A stretch of 64,000 nt of DNA, taken from NCBI GenBank assembly GCA_965235115.1, contig OZ249447.1, positions 21,080,001-21,144,000 of the forward strand, read 5' to 3'. The translations under genes were made by a program, and so were the position numbers. The first letter of the stretch is position 1. Every line of letters begins with the position of its first letter. The notes below the pieces were generated by a model that worked only from the letters and a program-made list of their open reading frames with translations, did not search any database and was not told the origin of the DNA. The stretch is from Laetmonice hystrix (lineage: Eukaryota). Positions 13,282-25,376 of the stretch are shown here, in pieces.

Positions 13282-14434
13282 ATGCGTCTGAATTCATGAA
13301 CAGGTTCACACCTCACTCCTTGATTGACTATATAATGTCTGTGCGACTCATCATTTATTGAAGACAAACATCTCTGGGCTGTTTGCCATTATATAATAGA
13401 GCACAGAAGCAATATTTGAAGCTGCGCCAGCACATTAACATAGAGGTAGATTGATGGTGGGTCTGGGCCAATAAATCTCTACATTGAATATTATCATCGA
13501 GATAATGATCAATAGGTCGGACCTACTCGCCACAAGCAGCCGTCGGCTCGCGCGTGGTCTCCAGTGTTACGATCATAATGGGGCCCTTTCAGTCTATAGT
13601 GGTGAAGGATCTAGTATTAGAAGAAGGATTAATTAAATCCTGTCAAGAAATTGCAAGGATTGTAAGTCTAGCTTTTATAACCTTGTCCCGTGCTTGACAG
13701 AGTTTATTGTACAGTTATAGTATGTACCATTGGATGATACGGGAGACTTGGCTGACGCACGGCTTACACTCTACGTAAGAGGGCTCTTTGTATGCAAGTC
13801 AGACCCGCGCCTAATCTTGTAATTTTCCTGGACGTACAAATGGACTTTATAAGGTGTCTTATAAAGGGGGGGCTTGTAGTCAGGCTCAAGCTACTATTTG
13901 TTTTATAGACGCTGGATTGATTTATTATGTTTTATGCGGATAGCAGCGCATAAAACATCTAAAAACAGTGACTTGTATTGGTATTTTTTGTTGCCTGAGG
14001 GATCGACAACATTAAATCAGAGCAAAGTCGGAAGATATGAATCATAAAGAAGGGAGTATACCGTAATATAAGAACGTGGATTCAGTATTAGTTTCCTCGT
14101 GCTGCTCTTTCTTCTCCTTCCTCGAAAATGTCATCAAATTTACTTAAAGAGGAAAACGGAAATGGATTTAAGTCACTTGATCTGTCGAGAGATAGCAGTC
14201 TAATTGGACCCGGTGGAGCGTAGTTAAAGTTAAGATGATTACTAGACGATCGAGTTATGTGGGCGATTGTACACTCATCAGGTATACACGACCCGATTAT
14301 TCCTGCCAGGCACGATGGTATAATTAATTAATTATGTGTATACCAGAGGTACAAGGACGATAGGGTCATTCCAGAATCGATGGTCACTGATACGTGCTGT
14401 AAGCTTTAGGCTATGCCCGGTAAAAAGCTATAGG

Positions 14435-14640
14435 GAGGAAGCTCTCTCCCCCCTTCCGATTGAGACGCTGGAGATGAGCTGAGCGTCCGATGGCAGAGGT
14501 AGATTATATCATAGAGAAGGCAGCCACGGTTTCATCGTGAGGAAGCCCCCCCCCCCCCCTCCGATTGAGACGCTGGAGAGGAGCTGAGCGTCCGATCGCG
14601 CAGGTAGATTCTATCATAGAGCAGGCAGCCACGTTTTCAT
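14435..14640. repeat. Tandem duplication, ~104-bp unit x2
   Basis: gaggaagc(c-run)tccgattgagacgctggaga...ggcagccacg(g/t)tttcat occurs at 14435 and 14539. Confidence 0.9.
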
Positions 14641-15077
14641 AGTTGACGCGGTATTCGTTTATCAGACTCCGGGAACCGCTTCTCTCCTGGGGTGGGAACA
14701 ATGAAACAACCAACTGGAGGCAGACAGGGACTTGATATAACCCCCCCCCCCTTCCTCCCCCCCCCCCCATTCCACCTATCCGCAGACAGGTATTCATCAT
14801 GAGTTGTTTTTGTCAGACAATGATTGGAGTTTCCAATCATGGACGGACCTCCAAATTGTACGGACCGAAAGATTGATAGGCAGTTGTTTGGGAATGTGGC
14901 TCTCAATTGAATGGATACATTGGTCGTCCTGAAGGTGCTGAGATTGTTCGAGGTGTTGGGTTCAGGTGATAGTGAGAGCCGTCTAGGGAGGGAACCACCT
15001 TGCCTGCAGGTGTGCCCGGAGGAGAGCAGGGGCAGTGTCTGGTGTAGAGGTGCCGAGACGGCCGTCATCCTGCAGGC

Positions 15078-15781
15078 TGGGGGGCAGCCTTGGAAGACCT
15101 CTGGCTGGCAGGCAGCCTTTGGAAAGCCTCTGGCTGGCAGGCAGCCTTTGGAAGGCCTCTGGCTGGCAGGCAGCCTTTGGAAGGCCTCTGGCTGGCAGTC
15201 TTTGGAAGGCCTCTGGCTTGCAGGCAGCCTCTGTAAGGCCTCTGGCTTGCAGGCAGCCTTTGTAAGGCCTCTGGTTGGCAGGCAGCCTTTGAAAGGCCTC
15301 TGGCTGGCAGGCAGCCTTTGGAAGGCCTCTGGGTGGCAGGCAGCCTTTGGAAAGCCTCTAGGTGGCAGGCAGCCTTTGGAAAGCCTCTGGGTGGCAGGCA
15401 GCTTTTGGAAGGCCTCTGGCTGGCAGGCAGCCTTTGGAAGGCCTCTGGCTGGCAGGCAGCCTTTGGAAGGCCTCTGGGTGGCAGGCAGCCTTTGGAAGGC
15501 CTCTGGGTGGCAGGCAGCCTTTGGAAGGCCTCTGGGTGGCAGGCAGCCTTTGGAAGGCCTCTGGGTGGCAGGCAGCCTTTGGAAGGCCTCTGGGTGGCAG
15601 GCAGCCTTTGGAAGGCCTCTGGGTGGCAGGCAGCTTTTGGAAGGCCTCTGGGTGGCAGGTAGCCTTTGGAAAGCCTCTGGGTGGCAGGCAGCTTTTGGAA
15701 GGCCTCTGGCTGGCAGGCAGCCTTTGGAAGGCCTCTGGCTGGCAGGCAGCCTTTGGAAGGCCTCTGGGTGGCAGGTAGCCT
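15078..15781. repeat. Minisatellite, 29-bp unit, ~24 copies
   Basis: Unit ggcaggcagcctttggaaggcctctgg(c/g)t; accounts for the 290-aa and 299-aa ORFs here. Confidence 0.97.
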
Positions 15782-16099
15782 AGGCCTACTGTACCGCTGT
15801 GTGAGTGGAGGTTGGGGCACTGGTGGACAGAGACGTGCCATGGTAAAGGTGTCCGCCCTCTTGGGTTGGGATTCTCTCCGTTCCTCCAGGATTGGGATAA
15901 CATCTTGGAGGATGTTCATCCTGACCAACACTCTGGTTATCAATGAAGGGGAAGACACTGCCATAGGCCTACTATAGATCTATTTGTATCCCGAAAAATA
16001 CGATGGTTGTATCAGTATTGTGAATTGTCGGCAGGATTCATCACTATACTCTACTGTACTATGCTTTGAGATCCTTGATATGTGATGTTTAATTTGACT

Positions 16100-16174
16100 T
16101 ACGGTCGGTTTTTGTTTTGCAGGTGAGTATACTCTGACTGAGTGACTGATTTATTGAGTTGGGTACGGGTAAGT
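16100..16174 (+). other. Candidate recursive splice site 1 with 46-nt cryptic RS-exon (16123-16168)
   Basis: ggtttttgttttgCAG|GTGAGTat at 16122/16123, branch-like ttgac/cttac at ~16094-16102, downstream donor CGG|gtaagt at 16169. The exon has stops in all three frames. Confidence 0.6.
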
Positions 16175-16430
16175 TTGAAAGTTTTTATAACTTTAAGGAG
16201 GTAAAGTACAATTTTGTAATGTTAAATGGAGCTTGTCAACATATATATTCGATTCATAAGTGCAAGTAGTTTTCTCTGTACTAGAGGACAATATCCTTTG
16301 CAGGCCGAATTCTTTGTTTGAGTCCGACGAGAACATAGGGCAGTGTTGTATGATTTTGTAATGTGACCAAATGAGTATCTCTCGACACGGTCTGTCAGGA
16401 CCATGTGAATGTGAACGCTAGCAGTAATCG

Positions 16431-16500
16431 GTGTGACGTATTGGAGGACGTGGGTTTAGGGTGTGACGTATTGGAGAACGTGGGTTTAGGGTGTGACGTA
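16431..16500. repeat. 30-bp tandem repeat x2.3
   Basis: Unit gtgtgacgtattggag(g/a)acgtgggtttagg. Confidence 0.9.
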
Positions 16501-16602
16501 TCGTCACATTCCTGGCGCCCCATCACGGAGGTGGTGGAGTGGTCGGTCAAGGTTATGGACCTCACTGATAACGGGGATTCCTGTGTGCTGATAGGAGAAC
16601 GT

Positions 16603-16676
16603 TTCCCAGCCAGACCGACCAGAGAGTCGGCCTTGGGGTTCCCAGCCAGACCGACCAGAGAGTCGGCCTGGGGGTT
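16603..16676. repeat. 36-bp tandem repeat x2
   Basis: Unit ttcccagccagaccgaccagagagtcggcct(t/g)gggg. Confidence 0.9.
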
Positions 16677-17102
16677 CTCTACCACCATACCGGCAGGGGT
16701 TAGGACCTCCGAGTTCTTGGGTCACTCAGACCTTGGGAATATTAAGTTACCGCAGATGATATCTGTAATGTAGAATGTAGCACCGTGTAGCAGACTGCTT
16801 AAAACACGAGTTTAGGGAAGCAAACAGTTTCCTATGGCAATATTTAGCGTAATAGGATTTAATCTAGAGATTTAATTTTACCTCAGTGGTTGCTTTTGTT
16901 ATCTCGGCGTAAGCAAATTATACGTTCTACCGCCACCGTTCGTACTATAATAAACGAATCTAGACGTGCATCTCTTGCCTTATGTAAACCGGAGGCACAA
17001 AATTACGTATTTCAATTGCTTTCGGTATAATTATATGAAGGATTCACCTCCTTTCTAAACCTCCACGGCAGCTTACCGAAAGATATTAATTTTCATTATC
17101 AT

Positions 17103-17234
17103 ATGACCTGACCCCATGGCTTGGACGTACAACTCACGCTGAGCATGACCTGACCCCATGGCTTGGACGTAGAACTCACGCTGAGCATCACCTGACCCCA
17201 TGGCTTGGACGTAGAACTCACGCTGAGCATCACC
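17103..17234. repeat. 42-bp tandem repeat x3
   Basis: Unit at(g/c)acctgaccccatggcttggacgta(c/g)aactcacgctgagc. Confidence 0.93.
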
Positions 17235-18049
17235 GGCACTGCCAAGTCTCCCGGGAGGTAGCCGTTTCCCACATAAAAAAAACACTGCTGCCTTGTCAAC
17301 TGACGATCAGACTGAGAAGTCAGAGATTGTTGGGTAAAACGGTCCAGGCTGTGTGGTCTGTCTGATGGGGCCGCCCCCCCCCCCCCCAGTGGTCTCTGCC
17401 CCCCTCAGATGTGGGCAGGGACTGTTGAAGAGCTCGGTGCCATGGTGTGATGACGGGGGCGGAATGGGTGTGTGTGTGTGGGGGGGGGGGGAGTTCCGGC
17501 TCGTGACGTTGTTATTCCGTTGTCATGGAAACTCTGGGATGTGTCACCGCCTGGTGGCGGTTTTGGCAGGTGGAGACAGCTCAGTGTCATGGTCCTTTTA
17601 GTAGTAGCCTTACGACCGCCCGCAATAGAGTGAATATATAGTGTGATCTAACTGGTGCTGTACTTAGTGAACCCGAGTGATCAAACATTGTTTGTTGTTA
17701 TGGCCTAACCAGCAGGTGTTAGTCATCACGGGCGTACATCGTTATAAATTGTTGCTGTGACACACTGCATGGGCACAAGGTCACCTTTAATACTGTGAAT
17801 GATTTAACCAGTGACTTCAGCTCGTAAGAAGAACCGAGTGAGTGCCCACGTTAGCTCGTCTACTGGCTGCAGCATAGAGGCCGTAACTTGCAACCAAGGA
17901 GTCCAAGTGTGGTTGATTTTCTGTACATGTTGTCATGGCAGCCAATTATACCGACTTGTGTTACCAGGAATTCGGTCCCTGCAGTGTTAACCTTGTACAT
18001 GAAGTCCTCCGCCGCCTACTCGTATCAGGAACTCCCACGATACCACAGC

Positions 18050-18506
18050 CATAGAACCGTTCCATTCCCCTAACCCCGACCCAGAGGCTGGAGCAGGCAG
18101 GCTTGGCAGTAGACATGGGTCTCACCATAGAACCGTTCCATCCCCCCAACCCCGACCCAGAGGCTGGAGCAGGCAGGCTTGGCAGTAGACATGGTTCTCA
18201 CCATAGAACCATTCCATCCCCCCAACCCCGACCCAGAGGCTGGAGCAGGCAGGCTTGGCAGCAGACATGGGTCTGACCATAGAACCATTCCATCCCCCCA
18301 ACCCCGACCCAGAGGCTGGAGCAGACAGGCTTGGCAGTAGACATGGGTCTCACCATAGAACCATTCCATCCCCCCAACCCCGACCCAGAGGCTGGAGCAG
18401 GCAGGCTTGGCAGTAGACATGGGTCTCACCATAGAACCATTCCATCCCCCCAACCCCGACCCAGAGGCTGGAGCAGGCAGGCTTGGCAGTAGACATGGGT
18501 CTCACC
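18050..18506. repeat. Minisatellite, 76-bp unit, 6 copies
   Basis: accatagaaccattccatccccccaaccccgacccagaggctgg... recurs at 18124, 18200, 18276, 18352 and 18428. Confidence 0.96.
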
Positions 18507-18759
18507 TGTCTGGGATATCATTGGGCTGTCAGGGTTGGAGACTATGGCGAATTATGTCCTACCTTTCGTTCGGTTGAGCCTTTGTGATGCGTCAGACTCC
18601 TGACTGACTCCAACCTGCCTTGGGGCTGGGGCTAGGGGTGGGGGTGGAGTGGGGTGGGGGTGGCGGTGCCGCACAGGTATGGCAGACCGCGGAAATCCAT
18701 GATTACGTACATACATCGATCGAATGAGGATAAGCTGTGAGACATAATCAGAACGGAAC

Positions 18760-19957
18760 TCCCAGATCAATCTGTGCCGATAAATACAGACTGTGGTGGT
18801 GTAGGAACAGATCATATCTCTAAGGTCAATCTCTGCCGCAGAGTGTGGTGGTGTAGGTACAGATCATATCTCCCAGATCAATCTCTGCCGCAGAGTGTGC
18901 TGGTGTAGGAACAGATCATATCTCCCAGATCAATCTCTGCCGCAGAGTGTGCTGGTGTAGGAACAGATCATATCTCCCAGGTCAATCTCTGCCGCAGAGT
19001 GTGGTGGTGTAGGAACAGATCATATCTCTAAGGTCAATCTCTGCCGCAGAGTGTGGTGGTGTAGGTACAGATCATATCTCCCAGTTCAATCTCTGCCGCA
19101 GAGTGTGGTGTTGTAGGAACAGATCATATCTCCCAGATCAATCTCTGCCGCAGAGTGTGGTCGTGTAGGAACAGATCATAATCTCCCAGATCAATCTCTG
19201 CCGCAGAGTGTGGTGGTGTAGGAACAGATCATAATCTCCCAGATCAATCTCTGCCGCAGAGTGTGGTGGTGTAGGAACAGATCATATCTCTAAGGTCAAT
19301 CTCTGCCGCAGAGTGTGGTGGTGTAGGAACAGATCATATCTCTAAAGGTCAATCTCTGCCGCAGAGTGTGGTGGTGTAGGTACAGATCATATCTCCCAGA
19401 TCAATCTCTGCCGCAGAGTGTGGTGGTGTAGGAACAGATCATATCTCCCAGATCAATCTCTGCCGCAGAGTGTGGTGGTGTAGGTACAGATCATATCTCC
19501 CAGATCAATCTGTGCCGCAGAGTGTGGTGGTGTAGGTACAGATCATATCTCCCAGATCAATCTCTGCCGCAGAGTGTGGTGGTGTAGGAACAGATCATAT
19601 CTCCCAGATCAATCTCTGCCGCAGAGTGTGGTGGTGTAGGTACAGATCATATCTCCCAGATCAATCTCTGCCGCAGAGTGTGGTGGTGTAGGTACAGATC
19701 ATATCTCCCAGATCAATCTCTGCCACAGAGTGTGGTGGTGTAGGAACAGATCATATCTCCCAGATCAATCTCTGCCGCAGAGTGTGGTGTTGTAGGAACA
19801 GATCATAATCTCCCAGATCAATCTGTGCCGCAGAGTGTGGTAGTGTAGGAACAGATCATAATCTCCCAGATCAATCTGTGCCGCAGAGTGTGGTAGTGTA
19901 GGAACAGATCATAATCTCCCAGATCAATCTCTGCCACAGGGTGTGCTCAGATCATAT
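18760..19957. repeat. Minisatellite, ~52-bp unit, ~23 copies
   Basis: Unit cagatcaatctctgccgcagagtgtggtggtgtagg(a/t)acagatcatatctcc, with interspersed junction and indel variants. Confidence 0.97.
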
Positions 19958-22240
19958 GGGATGCTTTTCTTTAATACACCGCGTTCAGGTATAGAAGAAG
20001 AATATAGGCGGAGATTTAATTCCCTGATTTGATATGGCGGTACGGTCTCGTGCGGGGAGTTAGTGTGACAGATAACTGTAGTCAGATAGATGAGTGATGA
20101 TGGCCATTCATCAGGAGTGTGTCTGGACTTCGGTTATTGGTGAGACAATTGGCGCCACTTTGGGAACTTTGGCCTGATGGTAGTATACTAACATATTATG
20201 AATAATTCGCCAAAGGTGAACCTTTCGTTCTTGGACTCGTAGTCCAAGCCTGGGTCGACGGATTATTACTAGGTTTGCCAACAGGTGGCAGGTCAGTCGA
20301 TGAGGTGTGTGCGACCTGTATATCGATACGTAACACAGGCCAACATGATTTCTGGAAACAGTACAATATATGACGCCTTGTCCGCCCAGGTCTGGTCTCT
20401 GAAAGGCCGACGGTACACCAGGGACAGGCTTTCCATCGTCCTCTGACATCAGATCATTCGTCCTCAGGAAACTAAAAAACTTTACTCGATTTATTTTTTT
20501 AACGATGTAGAAAACCGTCACTCTGCCTGCTCATTCCTCATCGTTCTTGAGGACACAAAATGGAATACCGTGACCAAGCCCCAGTTAGTTTAATTTCACA
20601 CATGGATGGCCACCATAGATTTTGTAGGAGCAATATCTGGCGCTCTCCTAAAACAAAACACATCCGTTAATCATTAACTGGGAAAGAAGAACAATGGGAT
20701 CGCTGGTTTTCAAACTGTAACGCAATTTGGTTTATTTAAAACTGAAAATGTAGATGGAGTTTGAAACAGTTGTGGACATGAAACGAGTAACTAATTAAGT
20801 GTGGATGAATGCGCCAGGAATATATGAGTTAAGTTCCACCATCGAATGGCGTTTAAGCTAGATTTAATAATCTAATCCGATTTTGTTATTTTATCGGTTT
20901 TATTAGCATAATAAAGCAGGCTTAATAATCGAATCTGACCTTGTGACTATATCGATTTCAAAAGAATAGAAAACGGGCTGAAATGTAGAAAGTGTTTAAA
21001 ATTATTGAAGCGCAGCAGATAGGAATTGAGTGAATGCATTTCCTTGATTCTGAAGTGCTTACTTCTGAATTTAATAATAAACTCGTTTTCAGTTGTTTCA
21101 CGCGATATATTACTAAGTACTGTTAGAAGTCCTTGGCCTAGTGTATGTGGTATAGCAGTATATGTTTTAGATTTCAGTTTGCATGAAACGGTTTGCATGA
21201 AACGGTTTTAATGGAAGATAGGTCTCTGTAGTCATAAAGCTGAAAGCCATTGGTAATTAGTGATGCTATGTTGATAGGAGGTCTCCTACTAGAACGTAAT
21301 TCAACTAGTATTGGATAATGAATCATTCAGTTGTAGTTCGATATCTGCTGTGAGAGGAATATTTTTCAATCAAGTTGAATCATTATTTTCATGTCACAAC
21401 CTTTTGTTTCGAAATGGAGCGGAATGATTATTTTTTTTAAATATCGCTGAGCTACTGTTGTTATTGTACAGTTGATTTCATTCCGTTTTTTTCCCCATCC
21501 AGTCGCAGCTGTTCTAAACTGCCATTTATAAAAGTAGGTCACACCGATTCAGTTTATACAATATGATTGAGAATCAATAATTGGGGTGTTACAATGAATT
21601 ACAGTGTAATCCAATTCTTGGATTATCTAAGGGATAGTTCTCTCAGTATTTAATTGGATCACACAGTATGAAGTAAACATTATAAAGTCTTGTTGCGCAC
21701 ATAGTAGTTGTACAGTCTGAAATTTAATGTTTTGGGTATGAAATTTAAATATTCCATCTCTTGGAAAGAGGGAAAGATGAAAATGTGCCCATTTTGAGTC
21801 GGAAGATGCTGGAACAAATTTCATTTGAAATTTCCAGCAGATTCCGTTCTGTAACCTTTACGTGCCAGTCATTAGAGAAATTCTATAAATGACAAATTTG
21901 TTTCTGACCCTCAAGTAAGAACTTGACTCCCCATCTTGAGGTCCCGAATATACCCAGAGGTCGGCCCAGAGGATGTCCCTTCCGTCAGAAGGCTTTGTAA
22001 GAGGCTAAACTCGTAGAAGATTAAAGAGATCATTATTAAAATGGGATTAGTGTCAGCCTATGGATGAGTTGTAGGCGTCACTCCCCCGGTAATTACCTCC
22101 AGGCTTACAGTGAGTCCATTTCCCCGAACAGTGAGAAGATCACCGGAAGTTGGGATTAGTGCCAGGGTCTCGGTAGATTATCTTGCCGTGTAATTAATCT
22201 GAGGTTGACGTCGGTTGGCCTTGGCATGTAGGTGATAATC

Positions 22241-22322
22241 AATGTTAGAAACCGAAGAGAAAGAGAAAATGTTAGAAACCGAAGAGAAAGAGAAAATGTT
22301 AGAAACCGAAGAGAAAGAGAAA
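22241..22322. repeat. 27-bp tandem repeat x3
   Basis: Unit aatgttagaaaccgaagagaaagagaa. Confidence 0.95.
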
Positions 22323-24838
22323 CGAGTTAGGATTTAACCGGAAAGATGATGATACCAAATCTTATCTCAATTTTTGTTTTGTCGTAGACGGAATATCTAA
22401 TATCTAGGTAGGTCAGTGTCTGGGCTACCCCTGAACCTCTCTCATAGTGTCTGGCCAATATTATAATAAAATAGAGACGCGCTAGGTGTACCAGGTCCAG
22501 CCAATAACGCGAGTCAATCTCAGAGCCCGCATTGTCAACCTTATACCAGTAATACCAGGATTGGATCGCCGCCTTTCAGCGGCCGGTTCAAGAGACGGAC
22601 AAGGATTGCCTGTACGTTGGAGAAATTGATGTACAGTATAGTCTTTCTTTACCTTTGAGGAATTTATGCCCAGGGCATTATAGGAAGGCCAGACAAAATG
22701 GGATCGTTGAGATAATGTGTTTTTGTCCGACCCGCAAAATGACCACAGGGGCTTTATGTCTCAGGAGTCATCGTTGATATAAGGAGGGGAAAACATCGGT
22801 GAGAACCGATGAGGTCTCGCTACGACGACTTTCTGTGAATGTTTATTACCCGTATCGCCTGCAACGTTTGTTCAGTTACCGCAATTAACTGAAAATAAAG
22901 CCAGGCAACAGTTGCAGCAGCAAAAACAGCAGATAAACCAAAGAACTGCAGAAACTGCAGTCTTCACGGACCTCATCACAGGACCCTTTGTTCATCTGAT
23001 ATTGAAGGCTCAGAATTCCTTACAAAAGTTTTAAGTTGTTTTTTTTTAGCTTCATCATGTTATTGCCATAGGTCAGCAAGAATATCTGACATTGTTCAAA
23101 TGCCAGTAGCTGGCGTGGTGCTATTGAAGTGGGTTATTTTTTTTGGGGGGGGGGGGATACTTTTTTCTCTCTCCCTGGGGGTATCAAATTGAAAGGTCAG
23201 GGCACTCGTATCTTTCTTGGGTAGATATAGTTCATTGCTCCAGGGACTGGCCGGGGTGTGGAGTGTGTGATTACTTGTACAAGGTTAGAAAGGGAATCCA
23301 GTGCAGGTTGACAGAGAATAGTGGTCGGTTCGGAGAAAGGCGCTGAACACTTTGTCCACTTTTCAACTTTGAATGTGTTAGGATTCCGATTGAGAAAAAA
23401 GGCATTGTTGCTCTCATGTGTGTAATCTGAAATGACTAGAAATCTTTAGAATCACTCAGGATTGGTGTAATTGAAATCGTGGCACAGAGCACGATTTGAA
23501 ATGATAACGAATATATATTTAGACATAGAAGCTGTAGCGCGCTATGGCCAGGGCAGATGATAAAAAAGGCTGTCAATGCTTCTTGCCTGAAGCACTGTTA
23601 TTTTCCAGCTCATTGCTAGCTCATTCTCATCAGCTAATGGAGCCTGTGCTTTGGAATGCCACTCGCTGCACCTTTGTGTATTTCATTATAACATTTCCCC
23701 TTAGTCAATCCCAATCCAGAGGGACATAGATTCGTGTCTAGGACGGAGAGAGAGAGAGCGACACTGCCTGTAGCAGTTGCAGGGCCTCAGGGCATTATTC
23801 GTGTAATTGTCTCTTGGTCCCTCGCCACTCTTTATGAATATTTGGTACAAATTACGCAAACCGCAAGGTGACGCCTGCCTTTCTGTTTTTCTTTTCTTTC
23901 CATGTTTCTTTTTCAAACTTTTGTTCATCCCGTAAATGTAGGGTTTTGGGAACGTTCACTTTAACTTCACGATATGAAGACGTATAGGGGTTGAAGACAT
24001 CGCTATTTTTATCTCTCACCATCAGAATGTCAATTAATTGTCGTTTTGTGGATCTATTATAGAATTAATGAGGGGCTAGGCACAGACCAGGCTGGTGGTA
24101 GGTTTCAAGGAAAACTTCTCAACTTCTTTGTGTTTCTTTTATGGTGTGTCCGACACCAGTGCCGGGAATGATCGTATTGGGATTCCTTGTACTCGTCCTT
24201 GGCACCGTTAATTATATTTGAGGGACCCATGAAAATGATGACGAGCAGGGGAACATTTGCTGGTAGGCGAGGGAGAATCTTAAGAACATCCCACCACTTC
24301 CTAACTTGATCACATCCACCACTAATGTAGTTTGTGCAGGAGTGTACATGATAAACGGGTTATTTCACACAAGTTAAAGTATGAATCTACTCTGAAGATG
24401 GTAAACGATGGGGATTCACAATTTATTGATTCCAAGCACACGGCAGATGAGAAAGTGTGATGTGATTAGGTATAGACTTGTGAAACACAAGAGACGATGA
24501 TTATTCAAGAACTGCATTTTTTTTAAACTTTTAAGAGTGAAGAACGAACTATCTTTCAGGTTTGGCAGTAAATAACAGTTTGAGAAATGTGTACATTCTG
24601 TCTCATTTACTCTTGCTGTGTACCGTTGACGTGCGGTCTCCATGAACTGAAGTAGTCGCAGGCGCGGGTCCAGGATTTATTGAAGGGTGGGGTTCAGGGT
24701 CTTCTCAAAGGGCACCGACTGACGGATTTGTTTGTACATAGCCTACAAAACAGCCGCAGATACAGCACTGCAAAGGGTGGACGCCCGGCAGTGTTACACG
24801 TCAAGTTGCGCGAACTGAAATTCACCACATCTATAGCT

Positions 24839-25376
24839 GTGCCGTTGTTCGTGTGCCCTCCGTGCCCGGTGCCGTTGTTCGTGTGCCCTCCGTGCTCGGT
24901 GCCGTTGTTCGTGTGCCCTCCGTGCTCCGTGCCGTTGTTCGTGTGCCCTCCGTGCTCCGTGCCGTTGTTCGTGTGCCCTCCGTGCCCGGTGCCGTTGTTC
25001 GTGTGTGCTCCGTGCCGTTGTTCGTGTGCCCTCCGTGCTCGGTGCCGTTGTTCGTGTGCCCTCCGTGCTCGGTGCCGTTGTTCGTGTGCCCTCCGTGCTC
25101 CGTGCCGTTGTTCGTGTACCCTCCGTGCTCGGTGCCGTTGTTCGTGTGCCCTCCGTGCTCCGTGCCGTTGTTCGTGTGCCCTCCGTGCTCAGTGCCGTTG
25201 TTCGTGTGCCCGCCGTGCCCGGTGCCGTTGTTCGTGTGCCCGTCGTGCTCGGTGCCGTTGTTCGTGTGCCCTCCGTGCTCAGTGCCGTTGTTCGTGTGCC
25301 CTCCGTGCTCCGTGCCGTTGTTCGTGTGCCCGCCGTGCTCCGTGCCGTTGTTCGTGTGCCCTCCGTGCTCGGTGCC
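24839..25376. repeat. Minisatellite, 30-bp unit, ~18 copies
   Basis: Unit gtgccgttgttcgtgtgccctccgtgctc(c/g); one 29-bp unit near 25005 shifts the apparent reading frame. Confidence 0.97.

Noticed and set aside
14911-15964. 290-aa and 299-aa ORFs on opposite strands
   Set aside because: They derive from the 29-bp minisatellite; several frames on both strands are open, and there is no splice or homology support.
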